Part shown: piece after piece, positions 17,947 to 28,863 of the stretch | Layout of the letters: every line of letters begins with the position of its first letter | How positions within the stretch are numbered: the stretch's first letter is position 1 | Source of the DNA: an uncultured virus (IMG/VR IMGVR_UViG_3300016662_000010) | Lineage: Duplodnaviria; Heunggongvirae; Uroviricota; Caudoviricetes | Reading direction: 5' to 3' (one strand) | IMG/VR virus record: IMGVR_UViG_3300016662_000010 | Length of the DNA: 64,000 nt | The notes under the pieces: generated by a model | The model's input: only the letters and a program-made list of their open reading frames with translations | What the model was told of the DNA's origin: nothing | Database searches by the model: none | Made by a program: the position numbers and the translations under genes

Positions 17947-19709
17947 TGGGTCATCGCCTGGAGGTTGGCATCAGCACGGCCAGTGCGCAGGATTGCAGCC
18001 TCGCGGATGTAGCCGTTCAGGAAGTATTCACTTCCATTGCTGCTGCCGATAAAGATTCGATCCGTCGCTGGCATTGTGCAAACAGTATCCAGGAATAGCG
18101 GCGATCCATTGACATAAGATCTGGAATTGTTTTCGGCATACCTAAATGCCGACTTGACTCCGTTCTGTGTCGCAGCCGATAGGTTCGCCTCGGCCTGTAC
18201 GACATTGCCGGTTTTAACCAAATACGCAACAATGCCAGTGCTTGCATAGATCTGTACTTCGTTCTGCCGATTTGCCCCTTGCAACTGCAACATCGTCGGA
18301 TAGGTGCTTGCCGGCACTGCTGAGCCAGTGGCAAAGTCAACGTACAGAGTGCCTTGAGCGGTGTTAATGATCCTTGCAGCATCCGCCCCCGCGATCGAAA
18401 TCACGTCCGCCGTGCTGCTGGCGGTGGTGGTGGTGGTAGGGACGTAGGGGCCTACCGTAGAGCCGGTTTGGAGTTGAGCGCCCCATAGCAAAAGGCTACT
18501 GGTTCCGTCGCCTGTGTACGCTGCAGATCCATTAACTGCAATGTGATGACGCAGAACTGCATAAGTGGATGCTAATGCAGTAGCAGTTACAGAACAGCGA
18601 TACCAGCCATTCGGGAAGGTGCTGATTCTTGCTGTGGTGGTTGCTTCCGACGCCGTGATCTGGCCCGTAGACAGGTTGAATGTGGCGTACTCCCCCGCAA
18701 AGGCTCCAGAGTCTACGCCAAAAGCCATTATCAGCTCGCTTCTTGTGCTCGCCTTGGCAAACACTGACCAACAATAGGTGGTCCCACTTGATACGAGGGG
18801 ATCTTGTCTTACAAGATGACTTGTGCTTGCACTTGTATCTTCATTCAGTCGGGTGGCCGTCAGTGTTCCATCAGGAGAGATTGCAGCGTTCAGGGTTGAA
18901 GTAGATCGAACTGACGACCATGGCGCCGTTCCAATCGCGCTCGTATAAAGCCACAGATTCGTCACCGCCCCCCACACCCGCAGCCCCCTCGGCCGCAGCG
19001 TCACCGGGTCATATCCGATCACCGGAGTATTTGCCGCCGGCTGGTACAAAATCCCATCAGGCCCCACCTCCCACGCTGGCGACGCACAGTTCACCGTCCC
19101 GCCACCCAGCACGGTGCCGGTGATCAGGTCAAGGGCATGGCCAGTCCTGCCGGGCGCAATATAAAAACTTGGACTTTCACCAGCCTGTGCAAAGTAGGCT
19201 TGACCACCAACTTGTAGAGGAATCAGATGCAATGGACTAAAGCCGTTTCGTAAAGACGCTTGTGTAACTGTTGAGTTTGATTGTCTCACTCCATTATACG
19301 ATAGTCCACTTGCAACAAGCCCAGAAGCAACAATAACTGCCTCTCCAGATTCAATGGACAGAGAAAATAGACTATCCGTTGAGGCCGGATAGCCACTTGG
19401 CAGTCCGTTATTGACAGAAATGTACCCTCCCCCATGAGTCCAGTTGCCAATAATGCTGCTATTGCCAGAGCGATTCACATATCCAGACAATGCAACGCCC
19501 GAAAAAGTTGTAGTCAAGCCATCAAGTTGTGCTTGATAATTGCCTTGGCTATTACCAATTTCGCCAATCACGGCAAAGTCAATACCTGCTGTGGCATAAA
19601 GTCCTTTTAATGCCGCATAATCAGCAGAAGACAGGCCAAGATTGACGACGGCTTGATCCTTGTCTGCCAAGTCAGAAAAATTATTGGCCCGTACGAGTCC
19701 TTTGGTCAT
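17943..19709 (-). CDS. Tail/head fibre (receptor-binding) protein
   Basis: GLVRANNFSDL N-terminus; TNL...SPDG...NGWYRCS...WGAQL carbohydrate-binding-like domain; LamG-like end. Confidence 0.75.
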   Translation of the reverse strand: MTKGLVRANNFSDLADKDQAVVNLGLSSADYAALKGLYATAGIDFAVIGEIGNSQGNYQAQLDGLTTTFSGVALSGYVNRSGNSSIIGNWTHGGGYISVNNGLPSGYPASTDSLFSLSIESGEAVIVASGLVASGLSYNGVRQSNSTVTQASLRNGFSPLHLIPLQVGGQAYFAQAGESPSFYIAPGRTGHALDLITGTVLGGGTVNCASPAWEVGPDGILYQPAANTPVIGYDPVTLRPRGLRVWGAVTNLWLYTSAIGTAPWSSVRSTSTLNAAISPDGTLTATRLNEDTSASTSHLVRQDPLVSSGTTYCWSVFAKASTRSELIMAFGVDSGAFAGEYATFNLSTGQITASEATTTARISTFPNGWYRCSVTATALASTYAVLRHHIAVNGSAAYTGDGTSSLLLWGAQLQTGSTVGPYVPTTTTTASSTADVISIAGADAARIINTAQGTLYVDFATGSAVPASTYPTMLQLQGANRQNEVQIYASTGIVAYLVKTGNVVQAEANLSAATQNGVKSAFRYAENNSRSYVNGSPLFLDTVCTMPATDRIFIGSSNGSEYFLNGYIREAAILRTGRADANLQAMTQ

Positions 19710-21010
19710 TGCGTTATTAGCAGTGCCTCAGTATTGGTGAGCAATGGATAAATGGTAGCGCGACGTAAAATCATTTTGCCTGCATTGAGGGTAATAATAG
19801 CCCTGCCAATTCCTGATGGCAAAAAGCCGGAAGTTGTGAATACTTGACCGCTAGTAACCAATGAAAATCCAGACGCAGAAAAATTAGCAGCAGAATTGCT
19901 AATGACTGGCCTTGAAGATCCTGTTCCAGATGCAGGATTTTCCCATGGGCTCAGTCCGTTTCCAACAACAAAAGATCCTACGCTTACTCCGGTGTTTGTT
20001 GAGTCAACTACTCCTGCAGTCAGCCTCATTCCATTGTCGGTCGCGCCAAGCCGTAAAGTAATGCGACTAGGATCAGATGTGCTAGTGACGTAGAAGATGC
20101 TGCGCCCAGATTGGTAAAAATCATCGTTTAGTACCATCTGCTCTTGCTGAAGAGTGACTCCACTATTGACGTACCAGTTGCCAAACTCTCCATCTTTGCT
20201 GTCAATGAAGTCCGACGCCCGAGTTGCGGCTACTCCTGAAGTGGGAATAAACGAAGACACATAGGCATTGGTTCCATTGGCTTCCACTTGAAATCCATCT
20301 GTTAGCAAACCTTGACCAGCGCCTTGATAGAAAAGGCTGCCATCATCACGCTGCAAGGCTAGATTCAGCACTCCCAGCACTGCTCCTGACGCCATAGGGC
20401 CAAGTGCTCCCACGCGAAACCAGCCATTCTTGCGCTTTTCAATCAAAGCAGTCCTTGTATTTATGCCATAGTTTTCCGGGAATACAAGGTGCCGTTGTAA
20501 GTCAAAGTAGACCACAGCATTGCCTTTGACCACTCCGCTTGCATCAAGTCCCACAAACTGCAAATATCCACGATTCACTCCATCGCTTTTTACAAAAGCC
20601 GATACTGCATAATCTGTACCACCACTAATGGCAATGGAATTGGCAACAAACCATGATCCGGGTACATTACCTTCAGCAATACGATAGGCCGTGGGCAGCC
20701 CGCCAATACCTGTATAACCTGAGCTAACGGCGCCATTCTGGGGTGCATAATACCAGCCTGAGGCTGTAATGTTATTGCTCCATGGCAGCAAGTTAGTGCT
20801 AGGACTTTCCATCAGCAAGCCTTGATAGGCTCCAGTTAGGGGATCGTATGACGGTCGTGGTTCATGTGCTGCTGCAATCCGCTGGCTGCCAGAGGCATCG
20901 ACATAAGAGCCAATGGTGGAGCGCGTAAAGTTAAAACGCGAATCCACCTTTGCTTGATTCCTGAAATCAAGCATTTGCAGTGGCCTAACCGTAGGATAAC
21001 CGGCAGGCAT
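19706..21010 (-). CDS. Fibre/spike protein
   Basis: FTRS...GLLMESPSTNLL...NGWFRV...SFIPT...ATRASD. Confidence 0.75.
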   Translation of the reverse strand: MPAGYPTVRPLQMLDFRNQAKVDSRFNFTRSTIGSYVDASGSQRIAAAHEPRPSYDPLTGAYQGLLMESPSTNLLPWSNNITASGWYYAPQNGAVSSGYTGIGGLPTAYRIAEGNVPGSWFVANSIAISGGTDYAVSAFVKSDGVNRGYLQFVGLDASGVVKGNAVVYFDLQRHLVFPENYGINTRTALIEKRKNGWFRVGALGPMASGAVLGVLNLALQRDDGSLFYQGAGQGLLTDGFQVEANGTNAYVSSFIPTSGVAATRASDFIDSKDGEFGNWYVNSGVTLQQEQMVLNDDFYQSGRSIFYVTSTSDPSRITLRLGATDNGMRLTAGVVDSTNTGVSVGSFVVGNGLSPWENPASGTGSSRPVISNSAANFSASGFSLVTSGQVFTTSGFLPSGIGRAIITLNAGKMILRRATIYPLLTNTEALLITQ

Positions 21011-21399
21011 TATGGAGCAAACAATGGCAAATAATGAGTGACGCCAGTAACTACTACAGGCAGCCATTGCTTGACGACTACATTAGAAGCTCCTGGAGCA
21101 TTAGTGGCAGAGAATGTGGCAGTACGCACACCACTGGAGGCTACACCAGAGCTTACGGTAAGACCGCTAACGATTGTAGGCTGGAAGGTGTCAAGAAATG
21201 CAAGGTCGCCAAGATATTGATTAAGAGGGATGTCCTCAGGATCAGTGCCAACAAAAGCCAAGGCAATCGCCTGCTTAAGACCACTAACGGTCAGAGCCTT
21301 GCTAGGTAATGACGCATCGCTTACATCATTGACATAGAACAGATCATTGTCGGCTAATGCCGAGCCAGAAATGATTGCGAGTTGGCTCAGTTTTGTCAT
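21010..21399 (-). CDS. Small fibre-associated protein
   Basis: VGTDPEDIPLNQYLGDLAF. Confidence 0.65.
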   Translation of the reverse strand: MTKLSQLAIISGSALADNDLFYVNDVSDASLPSKALTVSGLKQAIALAFVGTDPEDIPLNQYLGDLAFLDTFQPTIVSGLTVSSGVASSGVRTATFSATNAPGASNVVVKQWLPVVVTGVTHYLPLFAP

Positions 21400-22745
21400 T
21401 AGCCCAAATCTATGGCAAAATCAGTGGCGCCAGATGCAGTTTCAAGTTGCAGGAAAGAACCATCCTCCAACTGTAAAGTTTGCGTGGCATCAGGGTTATA
21501 GACTGAATTATAGCGCCATAGGCAATACTCCTCTACGGTACGCAGTTCTCTATCGGGCAGTATTCGGTTAAATGCCACTACGGCAAATACTTTCCCTCCA
21601 AAGCGTCCGGCACCACCAGGAGCAGTGGCAAGCAGGTATTGGCCGCCAGCCTGATAGGCAAAGCCCGATGGATCTAGGTAGTCCAGTCGCCTTCCATTGC
21701 GTCTCAGCTCCAGTCCATAGCTTTGTGATGCCCTGACACTAAAAGCAAACGTACCATTGGCAGGCATGGTGGTAGGAAAGCGGTCAATGGGCGAAGCACA
21801 AAATAATGGCCAAGTGCCATTCCCTGAACTTGTCCGCCAGCGTCCAGCATTGCTTGAATTGTTGGTCAGCAAGCAGTAGTCGGCATCTTCGACTTGCGCC
21901 ATGATGACGACCGTAGCAGCATCAGGGAAGTAGCCGCCAATGGAGCCAAGAGAGAAAAAGTCAGTACCAGTGAAGTTGATGCCAGGCTTGACAATACCGC
22001 TATCAACAATGCCAGACACAAGGTAGTAAGGACCATTGCCGCTGGTGGTTTGCGCTGCGCTTGGCCCACCACTAATTAGAGTGCTCCACAGGCTAATGCG
22101 ATTGGCGGCAAAGTAAGAGAATGAACTTTTCTCCGCATCAAGCCACAGTTGACAACCACTAAAAACTGTCGGCGGAGGCAATTTGGTGCGAATGTCAAAA
22201 AGCGTGTCGGAGCTATTGCTGATGCGCTGATAAACTTTGTAGTCCTCGTAGTGTGACTGCCACGGAAAAGTGGGGCCAGTGTAGTTGCCTAAGCCGCTAC
22301 CAGTGTTGAGGCCACTAATGCGCGTTGGGCCAGAACGGTAGAAGCCGCCACCCGAGAACGTGTTGCCACTGATGGGCGAAAAGAAACTCCCCGATGCAGC
22401 ACTATAAATAGCCCCACTACCAGTGGTACGAATGAAGGCCCGATCGCCAGAGACAATGCCGCTGACGATGAGCGAGCCACTGATGCTATCTCCCGTCCGC
22501 AAGGCTTTTAGAGCAAGCCCTGAGAGGGAAGCCGCAGCAATGGGGGCAAGGCCCGTGATCTGAGCTTCCAGTGGCGCACGAAGCCCTTCTAGTGCCGTGA
22601 AGTCTGCAGCACTGACGCCAGTAGCACTGATGCCAGCAATGGTAACGAAATCAGCAATGCGAAGTCCTAAGTTTTCAACACAGCGCGTATTGTCTGCAAC
22701 GTCTGCCAGATTAGAACTAGCTCTGAGTCCATAGCGCCTTGCCAT
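21399..22745 (-). CDS. Fibre protein with LamG/ConA-like domain
   Basis: GLRASSNLADV N-terminus; QLWLDA...FNRIL...VEEY...RY. Confidence 0.7.
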   Translation of the reverse strand: MARRYGLRASSNLADVADNTRCVENLGLRIADFVTIAGISATGVSAADFTALEGLRAPLEAQITGLAPIAAASLSGLALKALRTGDSISGSLIVSGIVSGDRAFIRTTGSGAIYSAASGSFFSPISGNTFSGGGFYRSGPTRISGLNTGSGLGNYTGPTFPWQSHYEDYKVYQRISNSSDTLFDIRTKLPPPTVFSGCQLWLDAEKSSFSYFAANRISLWSTLISGGPSAAQTTSGNGPYYLVSGIVDSGIVKPGINFTGTDFFSLGSIGGYFPDAATVVIMAQVEDADYCLLTNNSSNAGRWRTSSGNGTWPLFCASPIDRFPTTMPANGTFAFSVRASQSYGLELRRNGRRLDYLDPSGFAYQAGGQYLLATAPGGAGRFGGKVFAVVAFNRILPDRELRTVEEYCLWRYNSVYNPDATQTLQLEDGSFLQLETASGATDFAIDLG

Positions 22746-23950
22746 TAGCTTTGCCCCACCACTATGGCCACGTAGAAACCATCATACTCAACAGGAATTG
22801 CAAGACTTGGTGACGTGAGACTGCCTGAAGCGAAAGCAGCATCAGCCTTCCAAGCTTGAGGAATTAGACCATCAATCTCCAAGGGCACAGTGGCTGTTGT
22901 ACCGGAAATTGGACTACCAGAAACAGTGCCGACTGCATTGCCTCTAACGCTATAGCCACTAGCAACAAGACCGCTAACGACATAAGTGCCAGTTGACGAT
23001 GGAGAGACAATGGGCAAGCAATTAGCACCAGAGGTCACCACTGCCTGACCAGAGGCTTGAAGTTGGCTAATGCGTGGTTGCGCTGCTCTCAATAGAGATG
23101 ATGCCAGCAAGAGATTAGTTGTGCCAATGTTCGCTAAACCACGAATGGCACTAATGTCCTCCCCGCCAAAACTCAAGCCGCTAGCCGATGTTGCAACAGT
23201 CGCCCGCGATACTGGCTGCTCGCTAACCGTGATAACGATTGGCGATGGTTCGTGACCAGTTTCAATTTGCGGTAATGCCGCATAGAAGAACTTGCTGCCA
23301 TCAACAGAAGAAGCATTAGGCACCACTCCCAAGTTGCCTTGCTGTAAAAAGATTAGATCAATAGAAGCAGTGCCATACGCTTGCTGGCAAATGCTGCTCA
23401 TTGACACTCGCCACCACCCATCATCTTCTTCTACGGCTCCCATGATTTCATAGGGTTTGCCGTTGCCAAAACAATCTTGTCGATTGCCTGTTAGTAAGTC
23501 AATGCCAAAGAAGGGGTAATTGGTGTCCTTAAAGAAGTTGCCACCATTGCCAGGCCGCAATGCCATGCCAACAAAGCTATGAGTGCCTGCCTTCAGCAAA
23601 ATTGATCCCACTACCGGCCCATTGCTTACATTTAGGCGCCAATCAAGGTTTGCATAGTTTGCACTTGTGGTAGCAGCACGCAAGTAACCGAATGGGAAAG
23701 GAATGGCAGTGCCAGCCTGTTCTGTGATCTTATAAACATACTGTTCGCCATAGCTCAATGGAATCCCGCTAGCTTGCGTCACCACCACATTGCTCTTCTC
23801 GTCCTGCCGAATCACGGCAGAGTTGTTCACATAATTAGCGCGTTGCGCATTGTACGAATAGTCAAGTTCATCAGCAAGATTGTCCCATGCCTCACTAACA
23901 TTTGTGAGGTCAGACAAATTATTAGCTCTAACCAGACCAGGAGTTGTCAT
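22745..23950 (-). CDS. Fibre protein
   Basis: GLVRANNLSDL N-terminus; DGWWRVS...PQIETG. Confidence 0.7.
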   Translation of the reverse strand: MTTPGLVRANNLSDLTNVSEAWDNLADELDYSYNAQRANYVNNSAVIRQDEKSNVVVTQASGIPLSYGEQYVYKITEQAGTAIPFPFGYLRAATTSANYANLDWRLNVSNGPVVGSILLKAGTHSFVGMALRPGNGGNFFKDTNYPFFGIDLLTGNRQDCFGNGKPYEIMGAVEEDDGWWRVSMSSICQQAYGTASIDLIFLQQGNLGVVPNASSVDGSKFFYAALPQIETGHEPSPIVITVSEQPVSRATVATSASGLSFGGEDISAIRGLANIGTTNLLLASSLLRAAQPRISQLQASGQAVVTSGANCLPIVSPSSTGTYVVSGLVASGYSVRGNAVGTVSGSPISGTTATVPLEIDGLIPQAWKADAAFASGSLTSPSLAIPVEYDGFYVAIVVGQS

Positions 23951-26421
23951 TGTTCGCTCCAGTTGATTGATGCAAGCACACTACCAGTCTGGCCCGACAC
24001 TCGCGTAGAAGCCACGACAAACAATGCCCCAAGGCCGTAAGCGGTATCAGCACCACCAGCTAAGAAGGTTTTGTCTGGCCCAAAATAAGGCGTGAGTGGC
24101 ACGGTACGGCTCTCTCCACTGGCGGCGAAGAATGATGCGATGGAGGAGAGGCTATAAGGCGTGCGGCGCCCTTGTAGGTCCACGAGGGCACCAGTCAGGG
24201 GGAGATTCAGTGGTGTCTCAAACTTATTGGCAACATAATTGGTTCCGCCAATAGTGGATTGCGTAATGTCACCACTTGTCGTCCAGCCTGAAATTGCTAC
24301 GGTGCGCCCTGATCCCGGTCCAATGGCAAAGCGATCATAGGCATTAGCAAAGTCTTCACCACTAAGCTCCAAATAGCCAGACGGCATGGGAGCCATGGAC
24401 AACACCACGTCGCTTAAAGTGGCACCAGGGTAAAGTTCTGCCACAACCTTAATCGGGAATGGCGAACCAGTGATTGTTGCTGGAGGAGGTGAAGCAGCCA
24501 ACTGTCGAAACAGTAGTCCGCGAACAGTCGCAAGTCCTCCACTTTCGACCATCGTAAAACCAACTTGCCGATAAGTTTCTGGCGGCAATGTCACTTCTCC
24601 AATCTCTTCACCAGAGAGCGTGTAGTCAATACCAGGGAAAGCCGTAGCAAGCCACGAGACGGTAGACACTCCAGGCAGGTAAGTGCCGCTGGCATTAAGC
24701 CATAGCCCAAGCCGCCAATAGATGCCGCCAGTATTGCCGCTCGGTCGTGTGAAATAGAGCTTGCCAGTGTATTGCCTAGAGCCCCCTAAGTCCACTCCAT
24801 CGCCACTTACGATTTCAGCATTGCTGCTAATGGCATAGGCATTAAAGGCAGCCAGCGCCACAGAAGAAATGCCAGCGGGCACATTACGATTAGTGCCAAT
24901 GGTCGTGGCATTTAACGTGGTGGCAAAGTAGTTGTTCAGGCCGCTTGCCACTACTTTCACTGGATAGCCAGAATACAAATAGCCATGGGAAGTGGCTGGG
25001 GTGAACGGAAGCCCTGTAGGAATGACGCCAGTTAGCGTTGTAGCATTAGTCCGCACCACTGCAAAACCACTTGCGGCAGGCCGACTGATTGTTGTACCAT
25101 GGCCATAACCATAACTTTCGCTATTTCCAATTCCAGGATTGACCACCATCAAGTCAAGTTTTGTTGCCGCATCTGCTGAAAATGATAGAGAAGTGGGGAA
25201 TAGAGTCTTTTGATTCGTGATATTGTTGATCCTAGTCGCAGGCAGCAAGCCAATAATGGAACGAGGCTGATTGCTAATGGCTACTGCCGCTGGAGTGGGA
25301 GCACTTGCAGTTTGTAGCGTACCATCGTCGCCACCATCAATGTAAACGCTACTGCCATACAAGTTGATGAATGCCGGAGTGATTGCGCCTGCAGTTTGTG
25401 TTGCTTGAATAAAGAGGCGCAGATAAGGACTCCGCAGACTTGGAACAGTGTTTTGATTTTCTGCCCTAAACGAATGCAACTTCACCCATCGTGCATTGTC
25501 GTGACCAATCGGAACATAGGCGAATAATGTCGCTCCAATGGCGCCATACCAGCCAAACTCAATCTTGAACATTGTCACCTTTGACACGTCCAAGTTCCAG
25601 CCAGTATCACCAGCTTCAATGGTGACAGGATCGCCATTCCATTGCTCCCTTGGTACGACAAGTGTTGGCAGCCCCGGTGATTCCCTGACCACGTACAAGT
25701 CGATGCCTTTGTCCAGCCTAAAGTAATAGCCATCCCCGTAGGCATTGCGACAGCCCCACGAAATAGACTCCCCCGGCCAATTGCTATCAGTGGACATTCT
25801 CACGCCCATAGTCACGCCAGTAATCCGGCCAGGCTGATACCTGAACGTACGCTTACTTTCGATGTAGTTTGTGATCACACCATCGGTGTAGCCTCCGGGA
25901 TACCTTCCGGTGCCATCATCTTCCAAGTATTCGTAGCTCTTTTCAGGCGGCAGTGCATAAACTTGCAGGGCCGCTTCTTTAGGCAAATGCCTTGCAAACC
26001 AGCCATACTGCACACCATCTTTTACTTGAAACGTCCAGGTGTTTGGGTCTCGGAAATACTTGTATAAGGACAAACCGCCTGGCGCTAACCCCCATAAAGT
26101 CAAGTCCAAGCCATAGGTGTTGACCAGTCCCAAGAGACCAAGTGCAGTTTCAGCCCGAGGAATACCCAGCAAGCCAATCTCAACTTCACTGGCTGATTGG
26201 TTCACCACTTCCACTGGAATGGCAGCACTATTCATCAAGGCCACTGGAAATGCTCCAGAAGCACTAATCACCGTTTCTTGCGTGTCACCAGTTAGCGGTA
26301 GCCCATCGCCCAGGTCAATGAGCGTATCGCCAGTGACGAAATCAATCAGCTCAGAGTCAACAAGCTCATAGCCTGCTGGCTGCTGATCCTCCGCAATTTG
26401 ATAGTACCCCGAAACAGTCAC
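23947..26421 (-). CDS. Large virion structural protein (paralog A)
   Basis: LLGIPR, SKRTFRYQPGR, KIEFGWYGAIGA. Confidence 0.7.
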   Translation of the reverse strand: MTVSGYYQIAEDQQPAGYELVDSELIDFVTGDTLIDLGDGLPLTGDTQETVISASGAFPVALMNSAAIPVEVVNQSASEVEIGLLGIPRAETALGLLGLVNTYGLDLTLWGLAPGGLSLYKYFRDPNTWTFQVKDGVQYGWFARHLPKEAALQVYALPPEKSYEYLEDDGTGRYPGGYTDGVITNYIESKRTFRYQPGRITGVTMGVRMSTDSNWPGESISWGCRNAYGDGYYFRLDKGIDLYVVRESPGLPTLVVPREQWNGDPVTIEAGDTGWNLDVSKVTMFKIEFGWYGAIGATLFAYVPIGHDNARWVKLHSFRAENQNTVPSLRSPYLRLFIQATQTAGAITPAFINLYGSSVYIDGGDDGTLQTASAPTPAAVAISNQPRSIIGLLPATRINNITNQKTLFPTSLSFSADAATKLDLMVVNPGIGNSESYGYGHGTTISRPAASGFAVVRTNATTLTGVIPTGLPFTPATSHGYLYSGYPVKVVASGLNNYFATTLNATTIGTNRNVPAGISSVALAAFNAYAISSNAEIVSGDGVDLGGSRQYTGKLYFTRPSGNTGGIYWRLGLWLNASGTYLPGVSTVSWLATAFPGIDYTLSGEEIGEVTLPPETYRQVGFTMVESGGLATVRGLLFRQLAASPPPATITGSPFPIKVVAELYPGATLSDVVLSMAPMPSGYLELSGEDFANAYDRFAIGPGSGRTVAISGWTTSGDITQSTIGGTNYVANKFETPLNLPLTGALVDLQGRRTPYSLSSIASFFAASGESRTVPLTPYFGPDKTFLAGGADTAYGLGALFVVASTRVSGQTGSVLASINWSEQ

Positions 26422-28154
26422 ACTTGCTCTTCCCAGGTGATAGCAGCACTGCCACTAATGGTAGCCGCAGCACCACGGACGAAAACATAAAGCGTGTCGC
26501 CAGAAGTGGCTGCCAATGGGAAAGACAGGTAGTCTTTGTTGAACGCAAAGTATGGCGACAGATCGTATTCGTTTCCTCCATCGCCTGCATAGAACGTCGC
26601 AACCGTTGTCCCGCCACTAACTGTTGGAACGCTGGTGCCAATGAACGTATTGATGGGGCTCAGAGCATTGGCGCTGGTGAACGTGGGGGTGCCGGAGACA
26701 AGTGTTGGGTTTTTGATTAGAGATACCACTGCCCGACCGTTAACTCCTACGCTCAATCGCGTGGGATACACTTGCATCCGATTGCGAATAGAGTTGATGG
26801 TGTTCTTTACTTGCAAGGCAATCAACGCTTCGCCTGCCGTGGTGACAGCACGATCAGCAGAATTGGCAATGGAGCGGGCAACGATAGTGCCTTTGTCACC
26901 GCCATCAATGTAATAGCTTGCCCCATACTTGAACAATGCCACTTCATTGGCACTGCCTTGCTTCTGAACGTAATAGCTCAGGGGCAGCGTGGGATTGCCA
27001 AGACTGGGAGTGATGATTTGATTGCTGACGCGAAGGTGGTGAATGGCCACCCATCGCGCTTGAGACGGATCATCCTTGTCTGGCACATAGGCCAAGAACT
27101 TAGCACCAACAGCCCCGTACCACGAGTATTCAATCTTATACATTGTCACTCGTGAGAAGTTCAAATCCCAGAGTGATTCGTCGGCCACTACGTTACCATC
27201 TTCATCTTCCACTACATCACCATTGGTGAAAGTGGGAATGGGAGCACTGGCCGTACCGCCAAAGGTTACGCCAAACGATGACTTGCCGGGCACTTCATCG
27301 GCATAGTATTGAGTGCTGGTGAGACCGTCCATGCGGTCAGAGGAGAAATACTTACGCGGCACCCGGTATTCATAGGTGTAGCGATAATCGGCAGGCACTG
27401 AGAAGGACAATGCCGAACCAGTTTCAATAGCAGTGCCACCTCCACCAGCCACTCGCAGACTTTCGTCATAGAGCCCTGCATGAACATAGGTGAGGCCATC
27501 ACGCTTAATGACTAGACTGCTGCCAATCGTGCCAATCTCTCCAGCGGCAGTATTGGGAGACAGCGTGGAATAAGATGCAAAGGCGCTTGTGCGCCTCACC
27601 ACGTAAAAGTTGGTTTCTTTGTCAGTGCCAGTCTGCGAACCACCTTGAACCTCAAAGTAATAGCCATCGTTGCTGTCAAATGCTCCCCATTTTTTGATGT
27701 CACCACCATCAGCACTAATGGTCATCCTTACGCCAAACGTGGCGCTACTTACACGACCAGGCTGATAACGGAAAAAGCGCTTGCTGCTCAGCAGTTGATT
27801 CCGCGCAGTGGTGGCAGAACTACAAGCGACTTTCGCTGCACTTTCAGCAGCAACATGCGTGGTGGTGCCTGCATTAGTGATGGTGCCAAGCCCACCTCGG
27901 CTCTGCCATTCGTTTTGATTGATGTCATAAGTGGTAACATCAGCAAAAATGCCAAGTGCCACTTCCGAACGGGGAATACCCAGTAGGCTCAGCGAAACTT
28001 CTGTGATTTGCTGGTTTGCCACACGCACTGGCACGGCTTCCGTATCCGTGGCCAATACCACTGGCAGGCTTTTAGCGGCAGGCTGAGGCCCTGGAGGAAT
28101 AGGCGTCGTCCGTCCTACTGTGACAACGCTAATTCCTTCCTTTAAATCAGCCAT
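26418..28154 (-). CDS. Large virion structural protein (paralog B)
   Basis: LLGIPR, SKRFFRYQPGR, KIEYSWYGAVGA. Confidence 0.7.
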   Translation of the reverse strand: MADLKEGISVVTVGRTTPIPPGPQPAAKSLPVVLATDTEAVPVRVANQQITEVSLSLLGIPRSEVALGIFADVTTYDINQNEWQSRGGLGTITNAGTTTHVAAESAAKVACSSATTARNQLLSSKRFFRYQPGRVSSATFGVRMTISADGGDIKKWGAFDSNDGYYFEVQGGSQTGTDKETNFYVVRRTSAFASYSTLSPNTAAGEIGTIGSSLVIKRDGLTYVHAGLYDESLRVAGGGGTAIETGSALSFSVPADYRYTYEYRVPRKYFSSDRMDGLTSTQYYADEVPGKSSFGVTFGGTASAPIPTFTNGDVVEDEDGNVVADESLWDLNFSRVTMYKIEYSWYGAVGAKFLAYVPDKDDPSQARWVAIHHLRVSNQIITPSLGNPTLPLSYYVQKQGSANEVALFKYGASYYIDGGDKGTIVARSIANSADRAVTTAGEALIALQVKNTINSIRNRMQVYPTRLSVGVNGRAVVSLIKNPTLVSGTPTFTSANALSPINTFIGTSVPTVSGGTTVATFYAGDGGNEYDLSPYFAFNKDYLSFPLAATSGDTLYVFVRGAAATISGSAAITWEEQV

Positions 28155-28156
28155 GG

Positions 28157-28861
28157 CTATGCAAAACAGTTAGAAACGGTCTGGGCGACCACTACTTTTC
28201 CCACTATAACCGTGTCTTGCTTGAGCTTATACAAGGCTCCTCCCAGTGCACTATTCGTGGTGCCAGAAAGAGAGGCAATGGTAAAGCGATAGGGCGAAAC
28301 TTGACTGATGCTGGTGGCACCAGAATACAACGGGCTGGCTGTAGAGAAGTTGCAGTTCAGACCAGAGGATGTGGTGCCACTAAAAGCAAGGCGATCAGTG
28401 GAGCCAATGCGCGGAGCGGACTGAGCAGTGAATACTCCACTAGCCACTGCCAAAAGGTCTGCCACTTTCTCTGGCAATTCAACACGCAAGTCCCAAGTCA
28501 AATTGGTTTGCTCCATTGTACTTTGCTCATTAGCGTAAGCCGATGGAACGAACAAGTGATAATCTGCCGTGGTATAGCCTTCATAGGCCGTCCACACGGC
28601 TTGCGTTTGAGCAGACGAAAGCCAAAGGTTTAGTGCTCCATTCGTGAATGGCTCCTCCTTCTGCACGTTAAATGACGTGACGATAGCACTTGTACCAGAT
28701 GCCGTGGTTTGGTAAATTGACGCACAAATGGTGGCGCTAGTCAGGTCAATGGGCAGTCCATTGTCGTCTTGCAGTACAAAGCCAATGCCATCAAAGTAGT
28801 CACGCTGAAACAACGTGATGTCAATTTCTGGAATGTCACGCAATGGCAAGAAAGTGGCCAT
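28157..28861 (-). CDS. Tail-associated structural protein
   Basis: DDNGLPIDLTSAT Ig/BppU-like pattern. Confidence 0.6.
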   Translation of the reverse strand: MATFLPLRDIPEIDITLFQRDYFDGIGFVLQDDNGLPIDLTSATICASIYQTTASGTSAIVTSFNVQKEEPFTNGALNLWLSSAQTQAVWTAYEGYTTADYHLFVPSAYANEQSTMEQTNLTWDLRVELPEKVADLLAVASGVFTAQSAPRIGSTDRLAFSGTTSSGLNCNFSTASPLYSGATSISQVSPYRFTIASLSGTTNSALGGALYKLKQDTVIVGKVVVAQTVSNCFA

Positions 28862-28863
28862 AA

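Noticed and set aside
15912..28154. Diversity-generating retroelement acting on fibre genes
   Set aside because: No reverse transcriptase and no template/variable repeat pair seen.
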